The translations under genes and the position numbers were made by a program. Shown one piece after another: positions 8,403 through 16,864 of a stretch of DNA of 27,883 nucleotides. Position 1 is the first letter of the stretch; every line of letters starts with the position of its first letter. The notes under the pieces are model-generated. The model did not search any database. It was not told the origin of the DNA and was given only the letters and a program-made list of their open reading frames with translations. Source of the stretch: an uncultured virus (IMG/VR IMGVR_UViG_3300005253_000126) (Duplodnaviria; Heunggongvirae; Uroviricota; Caudoviricetes); the IMG/VR virus record IMGVR_UViG_3300005253_000126; one strand, written 5' to 3'.

Positions 8403-9254
8403 TTAAGCGGCCTCCGCCGTGAACTCGGCCTTCGCCGGGCGCTTGGCGAACGCGAAGCTCTCATCCTTGTCACTGCGCGTGAGGGTGGCCGTGAACTTCA
8501 CGCGGCGGCCCTTCACCTCACCTTCGAGGGAACTGGGCACGGTGCTCCAGACGCGGAACCCGTCACACTTCACGAGCATCTTGAAGGTGTCACCGTACTG
8601 ACTCTCCTGGAGCTTGACGTGGACGATCTCACCCTCGATCTCGACACGCCCCTCAGGAGCTGGATTCTTGGGCTCGGCCTCCTGCTTGGCCTTCTCGGTG
8701 TCCCACTTAGCCTGCCTCTCGGCGGCCTTCGGGATGCACTCAAGCTGGCGCTCACTGAGAGTGCCTCTGGCCATGAGCTGGTCACGAAGGGACCCCAAGA
8801 AGCTGTTGTCTCTGTGCTTGCTAAGGAGACGCACGGCCTCGCGGTTCTCTTTCGCGAAGGTGCGGAGCTTGGCGAAGCGACCACGACGATGACGGATCTG
8901 CTTCATCACCTTCTCCATGCGCTTGCGCTGCCAGGCCAGGTTGCTGATCTCGAAGCGCTCCTCAGCACATATCCAGCCGACAGTGATCAATTCCTTCGTG
9001 GGACGGTGCTCAAGAACAACACCGTGATGGTAATGGGCACCGCAATGGTCGCAGCTAGACCAGCCGCCGTGGATCATCGCACCACGCTCGCGGAGCATCT
9101 TCTGGATGCGCTCCATGTCAGCGCGGAACTCTTTCATGATCGCAGCGAAGCCCTCACCTGAACCCATAAACGGCGGGGCATTCGTGTAGATGTACTCAAT
9201 AACCTCGTAATTCTCAGGCTTGAGTGACTTCTCGGAGTGTACGTCAGTTCGCAT
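8403..9254 (-). CDS. Hypothetical phage protein with CDHCG..C metal motif and OB-fold-like C-terminus
   Basis: 283 aa, GAGGTG RBS, strongly C/G-ending codons. FLGSLRDQL...GTLSERQ segment and a beta-rich tail (APEGRVEIEGEIV...RVWSTVP...VKFTATL...FAFAKRP). Confidence 0.75.
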   Translation of the reverse strand: MRTDVHSEKSLKPENYEVIEYIYTNAPPFMGSGEGFAAIMKEFRADMERIQKMLRERGAMIHGGWSSCDHCGAHYHHGVVLEHRPTKELITVGWICAEERFEISNLAWQRKRMEKVMKQIRHRRGRFAKLRTFAKENREAVRLLSKHRDNSFLGSLRDQLMARGTLSERQLECIPKAAERQAKWDTEKAKQEAEPKNPAPEGRVEIEGEIVHVKLQESQYGDTFKMLVKCDGFRVWSTVPSSLEGEVKGRRVKFTATLTRSDKDESFAFAKRPAKAEFTAEAA

Positions 9255-9274
9255 TGATCATCACCTCTCCCCTA

Positions 9275-9320
9275 AATATACGCTATATTCAGGCGTTTGC
9301 AAGGGCAATCGACGAACGGT
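9275..9320 (-). promoter_or_regulatory. sigma70-like promoter TTGCAA-N16-TATATT with upstream ACCGTTCGTCG box
   Basis: -35 at 9297-9302, -10 at 9275-9280, box at 9310-9320; same architecture as 25056-25115. Confidence 0.65.
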
Positions 9321-9343
9321 ATTCTGGCGGCTAAATCAATGAC

Positions 9344-11746
9344 TTACGCAGCTAATTTCATCACCTTCAGCTCTGCCAGGTTGGGGCCTACCTCCAGGCC
9401 TACCGTGAACTTGAGCCTAGGCTGCCAGTTGAATAGCTTCTTGGTAGGCAGATTCTCCATGACCTCCACGATCCGCGCGGCGTCTCGCTCCACGTGCTCC
9501 TCGGGCACGTAGAACTTCAGGTTGTCGTGGGTGTTATCGCAAGGCACCATCTCATACCTATCGTGCAAGACCACGATGCTGAGCTGGGTCAGGTCTGAGA
9601 GCCCGCCCTGCACCGGGCTGTTGATCGCGCGCCTCTCCTGCTTACTCGATACCCAGAAGTCAACGGCGTTGATTAGCGGCAGGTGCCTGACACGGCCCAG
9701 GGGGTTGCGCACATAGCCGTGGGTCTTGGCATACGCGATCTGGCGATCATGCCACGGTCGCAGTCCTGGGTACATGGCAAAGAACTTCTCGATGGCCTCC
9801 TCAGCCTCTTGCAAGGTGAACACCACGCCGAACACGTCCAGGGCATACCTCACGAAGCCCTTCGCCATCATGCCGTAGATCAATCCAAAATTGAAGCATT
9901 TTGCCTTCTGCCTCAATGACTTACGTTCGTTTTTCGATAACGCTGTGAACTGCTCCATCGTGTTGCCACTGATCATGGCACCAGTATAGCTGTGAAGGTC
10001 AGCCTCTCGCCCTCCCTCCAGGTAGAACCTCAGCATGGCGGGCTCGTCAGCGATCTCCGCGGTCATCTTCAGCTCACCCTGGTCATAGTCCGCGGACAGA
10101 ATCACATGCCCAGGCGGCGCGATGAACGCTCGCCTCAGCCTCGGGGTCCAGATAGGGTTATGTTTGGGGGTAGTCTGAACAGCCGGATCTCGCGCCGACG
10201 TGCGTCCAGTATTAGTTCCGGCCTCTTCTCCCTCCCACTCTTCCTTCCCCAAAAAATACGTCGGGTGGAATCGACCGTCGGCCCTCAGGTGCTTCAGGAA
10301 CCCGATGATGTAGTTATCATTGATCTTGCCCGCCCTGCGCCAATCCATCAGCCCCATAACCCACGGCAGGTCCTTCTCGAACATCTTCAGGTGATCTTTA
10401 CCCGTGGCCGGTTCGGCCTCCGCCTCCGTGATCTTCCTCTGTTTGAGTAGCTGCTCGCTCTTCGGCGTGAACCGCTTCGGCTTCAGCCCCATGAAGCGCT
10501 TGTTGAACATAAAGTCCTTGACTATCGCGGGCCTGGTCAGGGACAGGTCATCCATGTACTTGTACCGCAGCTTCACAGGCAACGCCTTCACGAGCTGTCT
10601 GTGCTTCGCCCGTAGATAGCGCTCTGCCATCACCCCCAGCTTCCGGTAGTAGACCTCGTCGATATACAACCCCTGGCGCTCGATCTTCTCGTATACCCGG
10701 GACACCGGGTGCACCAGTCGCAGGTACAGGTTGGCCAGCGCCGGGTCCAGCTTCAACATAGGCGTCAGTCGACGGTCGATCCGGTACTCCGCGTCACTGT
10801 CGCCGCCTGCATAAGTGATCAGCCTAGGCCTGGGCACCAGGTCCATCTGGCTCTTGTCGAATTCTGCGTTGAACGCGTCATCGTAGCCCCCCATCTCCGT
10901 GAAGATCTTGGCATGGACGTTGACGCTGTTCGCCCGGTTCTCGTCCAGCAGGCTACCGATCAGGATCGTGTCCCGCTTGAAGTTTGTGCACCCCATCCCC
11001 CACTTCTCGGCCATCCAGCCCATATCGAACTTGAAGTTCGCGCCGACGGTCGATACCTTCGGGCTATTCAGCAGCCAGTGGATCTGCTCCCACAGTCCGT
11101 CTGCCCCCGGCTCCATCGGCTCATCAAGGCCCTTCGGGAAGTACCTTACCCAGCTCTCGCCCGGCCTGAACGTGAAGGTGATCGCCACGATCCAGCGCTC
11201 GGGGTTGTATGGGTCCAGGCCCACGGTCTCGGTGTCGCACGCCACGGGGATCGGCCGCTTGTACTTGGTGTTGGCCCTCACAATCAGCTCAATCAGCGTG
11301 CTGAAGTCCTCCACATCCCTGTACCGGGTGCCTTCAGCCCCAGGCACCTCCAGACTGCCTGTCTTCTCCAGGCGCATGGCCAGGGCCACATCCCACTGGA
11401 TCTCCCACAGGCGCGCGTAGCCCGTGGCCTTCTTGTTGGTGGGGTCTTCTTTCCAGATGATACCAGGGTCCCAGGTCAGCATGATCCTGGCCCCGTTGTG
11501 TTCGATGATCTTCCCCCGCATCGAGGTTAGAGATCTGCCCTTGGGGGCCATGCCACGGTCTTGCAAGAACTGCAGGACCTTGCTGCCAAAGCCCAGGATC
11601 ACGGGGTTCGTGCCCTCGGGCACAGGGATATACGCCTGCCCCTCCCGGAACGGCAAGACCTTCGCCGAATGCCCAGCCAGCACCGGCTTCACTACCTTCA
11701 CAAGATTATCGCCAGACGCTCTGGCAGGAACCCATAATCCTAGCAT
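9344..11746 (-). CDS. polA: DNA polymerase, family A, with 3'-5' exonuclease
   Basis: Exo I CDTETVGL, Exo II GANFKFD, Exo III YAGGDSDA; TGRTSARDPAVQ; motif A SADYDQGEL; motif B RQKAKCFNFGLIYG; RRAINSPVQG; motif C THDNL. Confidence 0.93.
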   Translation of the reverse strand: MLGLWVPARASGDNLVKVVKPVLAGHSAKVLPFREGQAYIPVPEGTNPVILGFGSKVLQFLQDRGMAPKGRSLTSMRGKIIEHNGARIMLTWDPGIIWKEDPTNKKATGYARLWEIQWDVALAMRLEKTGSLEVPGAEGTRYRDVEDFSTLIELIVRANTKYKRPIPVACDTETVGLDPYNPERWIVAITFTFRPGESWVRYFPKGLDEPMEPGADGLWEQIHWLLNSPKVSTVGANFKFDMGWMAEKWGMGCTNFKRDTILIGSLLDENRANSVNVHAKIFTEMGGYDDAFNAEFDKSQMDLVPRPRLITYAGGDSDAEYRIDRRLTPMLKLDPALANLYLRLVHPVSRVYEKIERQGLYIDEVYYRKLGVMAERYLRAKHRQLVKALPVKLRYKYMDDLSLTRPAIVKDFMFNKRFMGLKPKRFTPKSEQLLKQRKITEAEAEPATGKDHLKMFEKDLPWVMGLMDWRRAGKINDNYIIGFLKHLRADGRFHPTYFLGKEEWEGEEAGTNTGRTSARDPAVQTTPKHNPIWTPRLRRAFIAPPGHVILSADYDQGELKMTAEIADEPAMLRFYLEGGREADLHSYTGAMISGNTMEQFTALSKNERKSLRQKAKCFNFGLIYGMMAKGFVRYALDVFGVVFTLQEAEEAIEKFFAMYPGLRPWHDRQIAYAKTHGYVRNPLGRVRHLPLINAVDFWVSSKQERRAINSPVQGGLSDLTQLSIVVLHDRYEMVPCDNTHDNLKFYVPEEHVERDAARIVEVMENLPTKKLFNWQPRLKFTVGLEVGPNLAELKVMKLAA

Positions 11747-11778
11747 CGGCCCTCCTCGACCAGCCAGTTATCCCACAG

Positions 11779-12120
11779 TCAGTGTTTTAGTGGTATAGCA
11801 CAATCAGGACACGGAATGAAGGCCGGGTCCCCCTTTTGAGCCTGAGGAACCTTGACCTTGCGAGTACCCCCACAGGTATCACAGCCCTCTGCTTTGCCCT
11901 TCTTCTTCTGGCCCAGCTTGATCACCCGCGTGACCGTGTTGTCCTGCAACATCAGCCCCACGTCGCCATACCGCCTATTCACGCGCCCGTGTGTGAACGG
12001 TGCTGAGTTGGCAGCCATCTCCGCGATCTTACGCTGAGCCCCTCTGAAATGATTGGGGGCCAGCTCCAGGAGGATGGCCTGCCTGATGGCAGACTTGTTG
12101 ACGAATATATGCTGGCTCAC
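11779..12120 (-). CDS. Hypothetical protein with C-terminal Zn finger (CDTCGG...CPDC)
   Basis: 113 aa; GTGA overlap with the upstream gene. Confidence 0.65.
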   Translation of the reverse strand: MSQHIFVNKSAIRQAILLELAPNHFRGAQRKIAEMAANSAPFTHGRVNRRYGDVGLMLQDNTVTRVIKLGQKKKGKAEGCDTCGGTRKVKVPQAQKGDPAFIPCPDCAIPLKH

Positions 12121-12404
12121 TTGTCCTTCAATAACGAGCCCCGGACGATCTGGACATTCGCTGGGGCCATGATCGTCACCTTGGCCATGTCCTGCCTGCC
12201 TATACCGGCGCTGACCCGCACGTTCTTGTGGATCTCTTCACTGTGCCGGTCGTCGATCTTGAACAGGTGATTGAATCCCTTCTCCACTAGCAGCCTGAAC
12301 TTCACGGGCCCGTCGATACGGTCGACAGATACCCTGATCTTCTCGCCTGCGTTGATGATGTAGAAATCCTGCCCCTTTTTCAGGTTGAGTACCAATGCTC
12401 CCAT
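12117..12404 (-). CDS. CsrA/RsmA-like protein, apparently a tandem duplication
   Basis: ALVLNLKKGQDFYI..IRVSV and VRVSA...KVTIMAPANVQIVRGSL align by eye with the CsrA pattern (MLxLxRxxGE.I.IG.....V.V.....V.IGIxAP..V.I.R.E). GAGGAGG RBS. Confidence 0.55.
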   Translation of the reverse strand: MGALVLNLKKGQDFYIINAGEKIRVSVDRIDGPVKFRLLVEKGFNHLFKIDDRHSEEIHKNVRVSAGIGRQDMAKVTIMAPANVQIVRGSLLKDK

Positions 12405-12414
12405 GTGCCCCTCC

Positions 12415-12831
12415 TCATCTCTTGAGATTAAGTAATTCCACGGCCTTCATCGTCAATCCCCATTGGCTGCCTCCGGCCCGGCCTCGCTTGTTATTGACCA
12501 GGTCAACCAGGCCACGCTGCCTGAGGAGTATCAAGTGCGTCGATGCGTTGATAGTGCTAAACCCCGTGAGTCTCGCCATCTCCCCGGTCGACAAGAGCCG
12601 AGGGTAATAGCTGGCCAGTATGCCCAGACACTTAGAAATCTTCGTGTCCTTCTTTGGCAACACCACCAGCTTCGGATTCGGCAGATGGACAATGGTCTGA
12701 TCCCCCTGCTGAGTGCGCACGATCTTACGCAGACCGCACATACAGCGCTGAATCACATCGGCATCGTCATCCTCGAACCACGAACGCTCCCCACACTTCG
12801 GGCAGGGTCCTGCGTTACGGTCGCCCCACAT
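12415..12831 (-). CDS. Zn-ribbon plus winged-HTH DNA-binding protein
   Basis: CPKCG...CMCG, then LSTGEMARLTGFSTINASTHLILLRQRGLV...GGSQWGLT (wHTH pattern). GGAGG RBS. Confidence 0.7.
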   Translation of the reverse strand: MWGDRNAGPCPKCGERSWFEDDDADVIQRCMCGLRKIVRTQQGDQTIVHLPNPKLVVLPKKDTKISKCLGILASYYPRLLSTGEMARLTGFSTINASTHLILLRQRGLVDLVNNKRGRAGGSQWGLTMKAVELLNLKR

Positions 12832-12873
12832 GCCCCCTCCGTCCTCTTATTATGCGCGGAGGGTAACACTACC

Positions 12874-13107
12874 TTAATCCTCGTGCCAGTCCTCGATCTT
12901 CCCGCCATATAGCATGGTCAGCTCGCCCTCTAATCCTATCTCGGAATCCATCTCCATCGCGCCCAGCAGGTCTTCCTTACCGACCGTAACCTGAAGCTCG
13001 TCACGGTTCCCGGTGCACGTGGTATCACCATCCTCCAGGAACTCTAAAAATTCCACATAATCCGTATCGCTATTGAACTCAATCAGCATGACTACGAAGG
13101 ACTCCAT
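12874..13107 (-). CDS. Small acidic hypothetical protein
   Basis: 77 aa, very D/E-rich, fills the gap between kinase and regulator. Confidence 0.55.
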   Translation of the reverse strand: MESFVVMLIEFNSDTDYVEFLEFLEDGDTTCTGNRDELQVTVGKEDLLGAMEMDSEIGLEGELTMLYGGKIEDWHED

Positions 13108-13672
13108 TCCCCTGCAACACCTTCCTCATCTGGCGCTCTGTGCGCGCGAATAGGTCGGGGATAGTCGCGTTATTCAGGATCTCAACATCAGCCTCGAATT
13201 CCCAGGTCTCACTGGCGTGCCCTTTGATCCCCACGTCCCCATCAGCCTCTGGGCGTAAAACCTTCCACCCGAATCCGCCCTGAGACTTGATCCAGTCAAG
13301 CTCGTGTTGGAACCGCATGTCCGAGAGGACCATGCCCTGAAAATTCTCTGACCCCTGGACGATCATCCACTCGTGGGCAATGTGCCTGACCCATAGGCTG
13401 GGCCCTGGGGACATGTGTCTGTCATATAGCTGCCATCCCGCCTCAGTGCCCTCAAGCTGCAGCATCTTCCGGAAACTTATACCCCAGCGCTCGATCACCT
13501 TGCTGTAATTCTTCTTGCTGCACTCCTCGTCGAGGAGCCCGAACTTTACCTGGGTCACCTGCTTCAGACGCCTGGCGAATGAGGCATGGTATAGCCCGTG
13601 CTCACTCACTAAATACCGGGCCACCGTGTCCTTGCCAGCCCGGGCCTTACCCCCGATCCCGATCAATATCAT
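13079..13672 (-). CDS. Deoxynucleoside monophosphate kinase (T4 gp1-like)
   Basis: IGIGGKARAGKDTVA, SFA..LK, R.MLQ..GTE, LWV, SDMRF..E...I...GG, HASE. Confidence 0.88.
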   Translation of the reverse strand: MILIGIGGKARAGKDTVARYLVSEHGLYHASFARRLKQVTQVKFGLLDEECSKKNYSKVIERWGISFRKMLQLEGTEAGWQLYDRHMSPGPSLWVRHIAHEWMIVQGSENFQGMVLSDMRFQHELDWIKSQGGFGWKVLRPEADGDVGIKGHASETWEFEADVEILNNATIPDLFARTERQMRKVLQGNGVLRSHAD

Positions 13673-14466
13673 CAGATGCGCACCTTTTTCTTGATTTGAA
13701 CTGCCTTCTTGATCACACGCTCAGCGTAGCCATTAAACCCCAGCCCCCTGCGCGTCCTTGAGCGATACGCTGACTCACCGTACTGGTACATCAGCAGGGC
13801 CACCTTCAACGGGTGCTCCCCCTTGACCATCGGGCGATCCAGGTAATACCGCAGAACCGCGGCCCCCGCCCGGATGTTCACATGCAAGTCATAGCGTAGC
13901 TCATCAGCATCAGCGACAAAATCCAGCGCCTCGGCCCAGAACGGCATCACCTGCATACAGCCCACGGCTCCCACCGGGCTCTCCATGTACCCCGTACAGA
14001 TGTCGTCACGATACCGGCTCTCACCCCAGGCCACGGCCAGGACCACCTCAAACGGTAGTTTGAATTCCTTCGAGGACTCATAGACGGCCTTCGCGATCTC
14101 GTATACTTGCCCGCCACTCCTGTCTCTGTACCTGTCCTGTGTCAGGAGATGGATGGCTTCGACGATTTTGCTTATATCCCATGCCCTGTCGGTCGTGGCC
14201 TTTGCCTTCTCATATTCAGCCAGGACCACCCACTCCTCGACAGTAGTCACGTCCACCTCGCCGTTATAGTAGAAGTCCTGCAACACGTCACGCTGCGCTG
14301 TGGTCCACAGCAAGGTCTGAGACTTCAACTCCAGGCTTTTCTCCAGCTCCCCCATTTTTTTGTCCATGTCCATGACCAGGATTAGCGAATGCACCAAGAC
14401 CAGTGACAGCGCAAGGTGCATAAAGTCCAGGGTCCAGTTACTCCACAGCTTGACGATCATCTTCAT
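13672..14466 (-). CDS. Lytic transglycosylase (SLT domain) with N-terminal hydrophobic anchor
   Basis: LAVAWGESRY (catalytic E), SPVGAVGCMQVMP, NIRAGAAVLRYY, ALLMYQYG; N-terminal hydrophobic helix followed by a coiled coil. Confidence 0.85.
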   Translation of the reverse strand: MKMIVKLWSNWTLDFMHLALSLVLVHSLILVMDMDKKMGELEKSLELKSQTLLWTTAQRDVLQDFYYNGEVDVTTVEEWVVLAEYEKAKATTDRAWDISKIVEAIHLLTQDRYRDRSGGQVYEIAKAVYESSKEFKLPFEVVLAVAWGESRYRDDICTGYMESPVGAVGCMQVMPFWAEALDFVADADELRYDLHVNIRAGAAVLRYYLDRPMVKGEHPLKVALLMYQYGESAYRSRTRRGLGFNGYAERVIKKAVQIKKKVRI

Positions 14467-15104
14467 GAGATTCTCCTCTTTGCCTCTTGCCAGATTCTAC
14501 TGACAATTTTAGCCTGTAAAATCGCGTCGTCAATCGCCACGTGCTTCCTGAACCCCTCGTCGTTGAAATCAGCCCGCATCTCTGCCTTGTTCATTCCCAG
14601 CAGCTTAGCCCCCAGCATCACCCAGGTGCGCATATCACGCCACTGCCTGAAGTGGGCGATGAAGTGCAGGTCACAGAGCTTGAACGCTTGCTCCAGGATG
14701 ACGTTGTCGAAGTTGCTGCCATTGCCCCATAGGCACGGATGCTTCTTGTGCTCGGTGATAAAGTCGATCAACTCCATCAGCGCCACCTCCAGCCGCACAG
14801 GGTCCTGCTTCAAGATCTCGAAGGCCACCTGGGTATCAGACTGGTTCCAGAAGTCCACGCACCCCTGGTCGATGGTCATCCCGCGCTCCACCGAGCTGTC
14901 CAGGGCGATGTTACGCTCGAACGTCGGCCCGATCTCCCCGGTCCTGATGTCAAAGTAGCACAGACCTATGCTGATGATGGCCCCGCGCGGAGGCAACCCC
15001 ATGGTCTCCAGATCCAGCATTACATGATGATACGGGAACGTCCCCTGGATGTAGGGGTGCTCGTCAGCCGCTATCAGTGCTCGCTCGAATACGCTTTCTG
15101 TCAC
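14463..15104 (-). CDS. DEDDh 3'-5' exonuclease (Rv2179c/RNase AS-like phage family)
   Basis: HVMLDLETMG, AIISIG, LWGNGSNFDNVIL, RDMRT, HVAIDDA..QA. Confidence 0.85.
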   Translation of the reverse strand: MTESVFERALIAADEHPYIQGTFPYHHVMLDLETMGLPPRGAIISIGLCYFDIRTGEIGPTFERNIALDSSVERGMTIDQGCVDFWNQSDTQVAFEILKQDPVRLEVALMELIDFITEHKKHPCLWGNGSNFDNVILEQAFKLCDLHFIAHFRQWRDMRTWVMLGAKLLGMNKAEMRADFNDEGFRKHVAIDDAILQAKIVSRIWQEAKRRIS

Positions 15105-15357
15105 GTGACCTCCTCGTCAAACTCATTTTTCCGGCCTTGTACGCCGCCTTCAGTCGCCTGTACGCCGCCTTGCTACACTCCGGGTGCAGGATGATCCGCT
15201 TGATCTCCACCTGTATCGTCTGCCCGTACTGCGGGTGGGCCTTGTTCGTGATCTTCCGGATACACTTATCCCCCTTCGCCGCATACCCAACCCAAGGCTT
15301 ACCCACAGTCGCATCCAGGGCCAGGGACCTCAATGCCTTGGCCTTAGTCCCCCGCAT
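15064..15357 (-). CDS. Basic hypothetical protein
   Basis: MRGTKAKALR... with GGAGA RBS; internal KAAY duplication. Confidence 0.6.
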   Translation of the reverse strand: MRGTKAKALRSLALDATVGKPWVGYAAKGDKCIRKITNKAHPQYGQTIQVEIKRIILHPECSKAAYRRLKAAYKAGKMSLTRRSRDRKRIRASTDSG

Positions 15358-15595
15358 TGTTCTCTCCGTTGCCTTTGTCGGCCTCCGGCGTCGTAGCGTG
15401 CACAAAGTACACAGCCGCGTTATCGGGCTTGGCAAACACCCCACCCCCACAGTTCACAATCTCCATCTCCAAGGCCCCCTTCAAGGCTTGGACCTCATTA
15501 CCAGCCTCCACCTCGGCCGAATAAACGATCTGCTTCGGCTTCCCCTCATCAAGTTCAGCGATGATCGGAAAGAACATTGTCACGGTATACAACAT
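15344..15595 (-). CDS. Hypothetical protein
   Basis: 83-aa ORF in the continuous gene string. Confidence 0.55.
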   Translation of the reverse strand: MLYTVTMFFPIIAELDEGKPKQIVYSAEVEAGNEVQALKGALEMEIVNCGGGVFAKPDNAAVYFVHATTPEADKGNGENNAGD

Positions 15596-15614
15596 AGCAT
15601 TCTATATTCCAGAA

Positions 15615-15851
15615 TCAAGAATACGCCCAAGCCAGAGCCTTGAGTGCCTCTGGCAGCTCACCCAACAGGGCCCAGCCCCACATAGCGAACCCCACCAGGA
15701 TCAAGGCTGTGCCCGCCTGAGCGGACCCAGGATAGTCTTTCTCTTTCGTATGCAGCCACCCGGCCAGTCCCATGCTCATGAAGCCCACAAAACCCCACAG
15801 GCCCACGTCAGCCATCTCGGCCCAGGCCACTATCATCGGTAGCTTTTCCAT
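15615..15851 (-). CDS. Small membrane protein (2 predicted TM helices)
   Basis: Two hydrophobic segments; GAGGAGG RBS. Confidence 0.65.
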   Translation of the reverse strand: MEKLPMIVAWAEMADVGLWGFVGFMSMGLAGWLHTKEKDYPGSAQAGTALILVGFAMWGWALLGELPEALKALAWAYS

Positions 15852-15866
15852 CGTCGCCTCCTCGCG

Positions 15867-16028
15867 TTATGCAGCCCCAGGCCCCCTAGGCTTAGGCTGG
15901 TCGATTGTCGCCCCCCGCTTGTCACGTTTCACAGGAGGGTAATATAACCGATCCGTCCTCTGCGCCCGTGTCTCACTGGCGCGCTGTCGACGTACCAGCT
16001 TCCTGAAATTCTTGCTATTCCTGCTCAA
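15867..16028 (-). CDS. Small basic hypothetical protein (53 aa, not in ORF track)
   Basis: TTG start overlapping the upstream TGA; reads MSRNSKNFRKLVRRQRASE...GPGAA* and fills the gap. Confidence 0.4.
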   Translation of the reverse strand: MSRNSKNFRKLVRRQRASETRAQRTDRLYYPPVKRDKRGATIDQPKPRGPGAA

Positions 16029-16501
16029 GGGAGGAGTATCACCTTGGTCGCTGCAATACCCTCGACCAGGGTCGCGAACCTCATGGCCCTGGTCACCTCG
16101 TTGAACATGCCGTGTTCATGTGGGTTGCTCCCATCTCGCTCCATGATCAACACGATAGGCTTGCGATACGCCCAGCCCCACGCGGCCTCCATGACCGTGC
16201 CGATGCTGACCTTCGTGGCCCCCAGCATGTTTATGAAGATCAGATCCCTGGTCTTGCAATCCCAGTGATCGCGCATCGTAATGGCCTGAACCGTCGACAA
16301 GTGCCCCGTATCCGGTTCACCCATCGGGCTGAACTTCTTGACATCGTTCAGGGACTCTCTCCCCCGCATCGGAGAATAGGTCTCAATACCTACGAGCTTG
16401 AGGGATATTCTGACATGCTCACGCCAGTCAATTACCCCATCGTAGTCGAGGCCGGTAATGGGCCCCGCAAGGTACACGGAAGGTTTATTGCTCTTGCTCA
16501 T
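16025..16501 (-). CDS. Nucleoside 2-deoxyribosyltransferase / N-glycosidase-like protein
   Basis: VYLAGPI, WR, YSPMR, RD......D.I, SIGTVME...A, KPIV motifs of the NDT fold; GGAGG RBS. Confidence 0.8.
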   Translation of the reverse strand: MSKSNKPSVYLAGPITGLDYDGVIDWREHVRISLKLVGIETYSPMRGRESLNDVKKFSPMGEPDTGHLSTVQAITMRDHWDCKTRDLIFINMLGATKVSIGTVMEAAWGWAYRKPIVLIMERDGSNPHEHGMFNEVTRAMRFATLVEGIAATKVILLP

Positions 16502-16527
16502 CTCTCCTCCACTCTTACTCCGACAGG

Positions 16528-16737
16528 CTACGGAGTATAACTCCTCCGGCCGCGTCGACGCCAGCCTATGACACGAATCTCGGTAACCTCGCCGACGATC
16601 CCACAGCCAGTGGCCAGCAACAGCCTCAGGGCAGCTATGCCCGCTGTTATGTAAGAAGACGACACCACCTCCTCGCGGAACTGCTTGATGCCGTCCACCT
16701 TACAATAGAACGATACCGCTGTATGGGTGTTATCCAC
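16528..16737 (-). CDS. Hypothetical protein
   Basis: GTG start coupled to the upstream stop; MDNTHTAVSFYCKVDG... Confidence 0.45.
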   Translation of the reverse strand: MDNTHTAVSFYCKVDGIKQFREEVVSSSYITAGIAALRLLLATGCGIVGEVTEIRVIGWRRRGRRSYTP

Positions 16738-16864
16738 CGCCCAGCATCCCGCCGACGGCGGATAGCACACTGCCGAGAAGGTCGCCCACGCTGTAGAAAT
16801 ACGAGGCAACATATCCCGAGGTGAAAGTCCCCAGGTATTTCAATATCATCTTCGCCTTGTTCAT
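16730..16864 (-). CDS. Small hydrophobic protein (44 aa, not in ORF track)
   Basis: ATGA overlap and GGAGG RBS; MNKAKMILKYLGTFTSGYVASYFYSVGDLLGSVLSAVGGMLGGG*. Confidence 0.55.
   Translation of the reverse strand: MNKAKMILKYLGTFTSGYVASYFYSVGDLLGSVLSAVGGMLGGG

Noticed and set aside
9331..9349. GCGTAAGTCATTGATTTAG (minus strand) as a recombination or att-like site
   Set aside because: Single occurrence overlapping the polymerase stop; no integrase or partner site in the window.
15138..15171. 13-bp direct repeat TGTACGCCGCCTT
   Set aside because: Encodes a KAAY duplication inside a CDS; no sign of a separate function.
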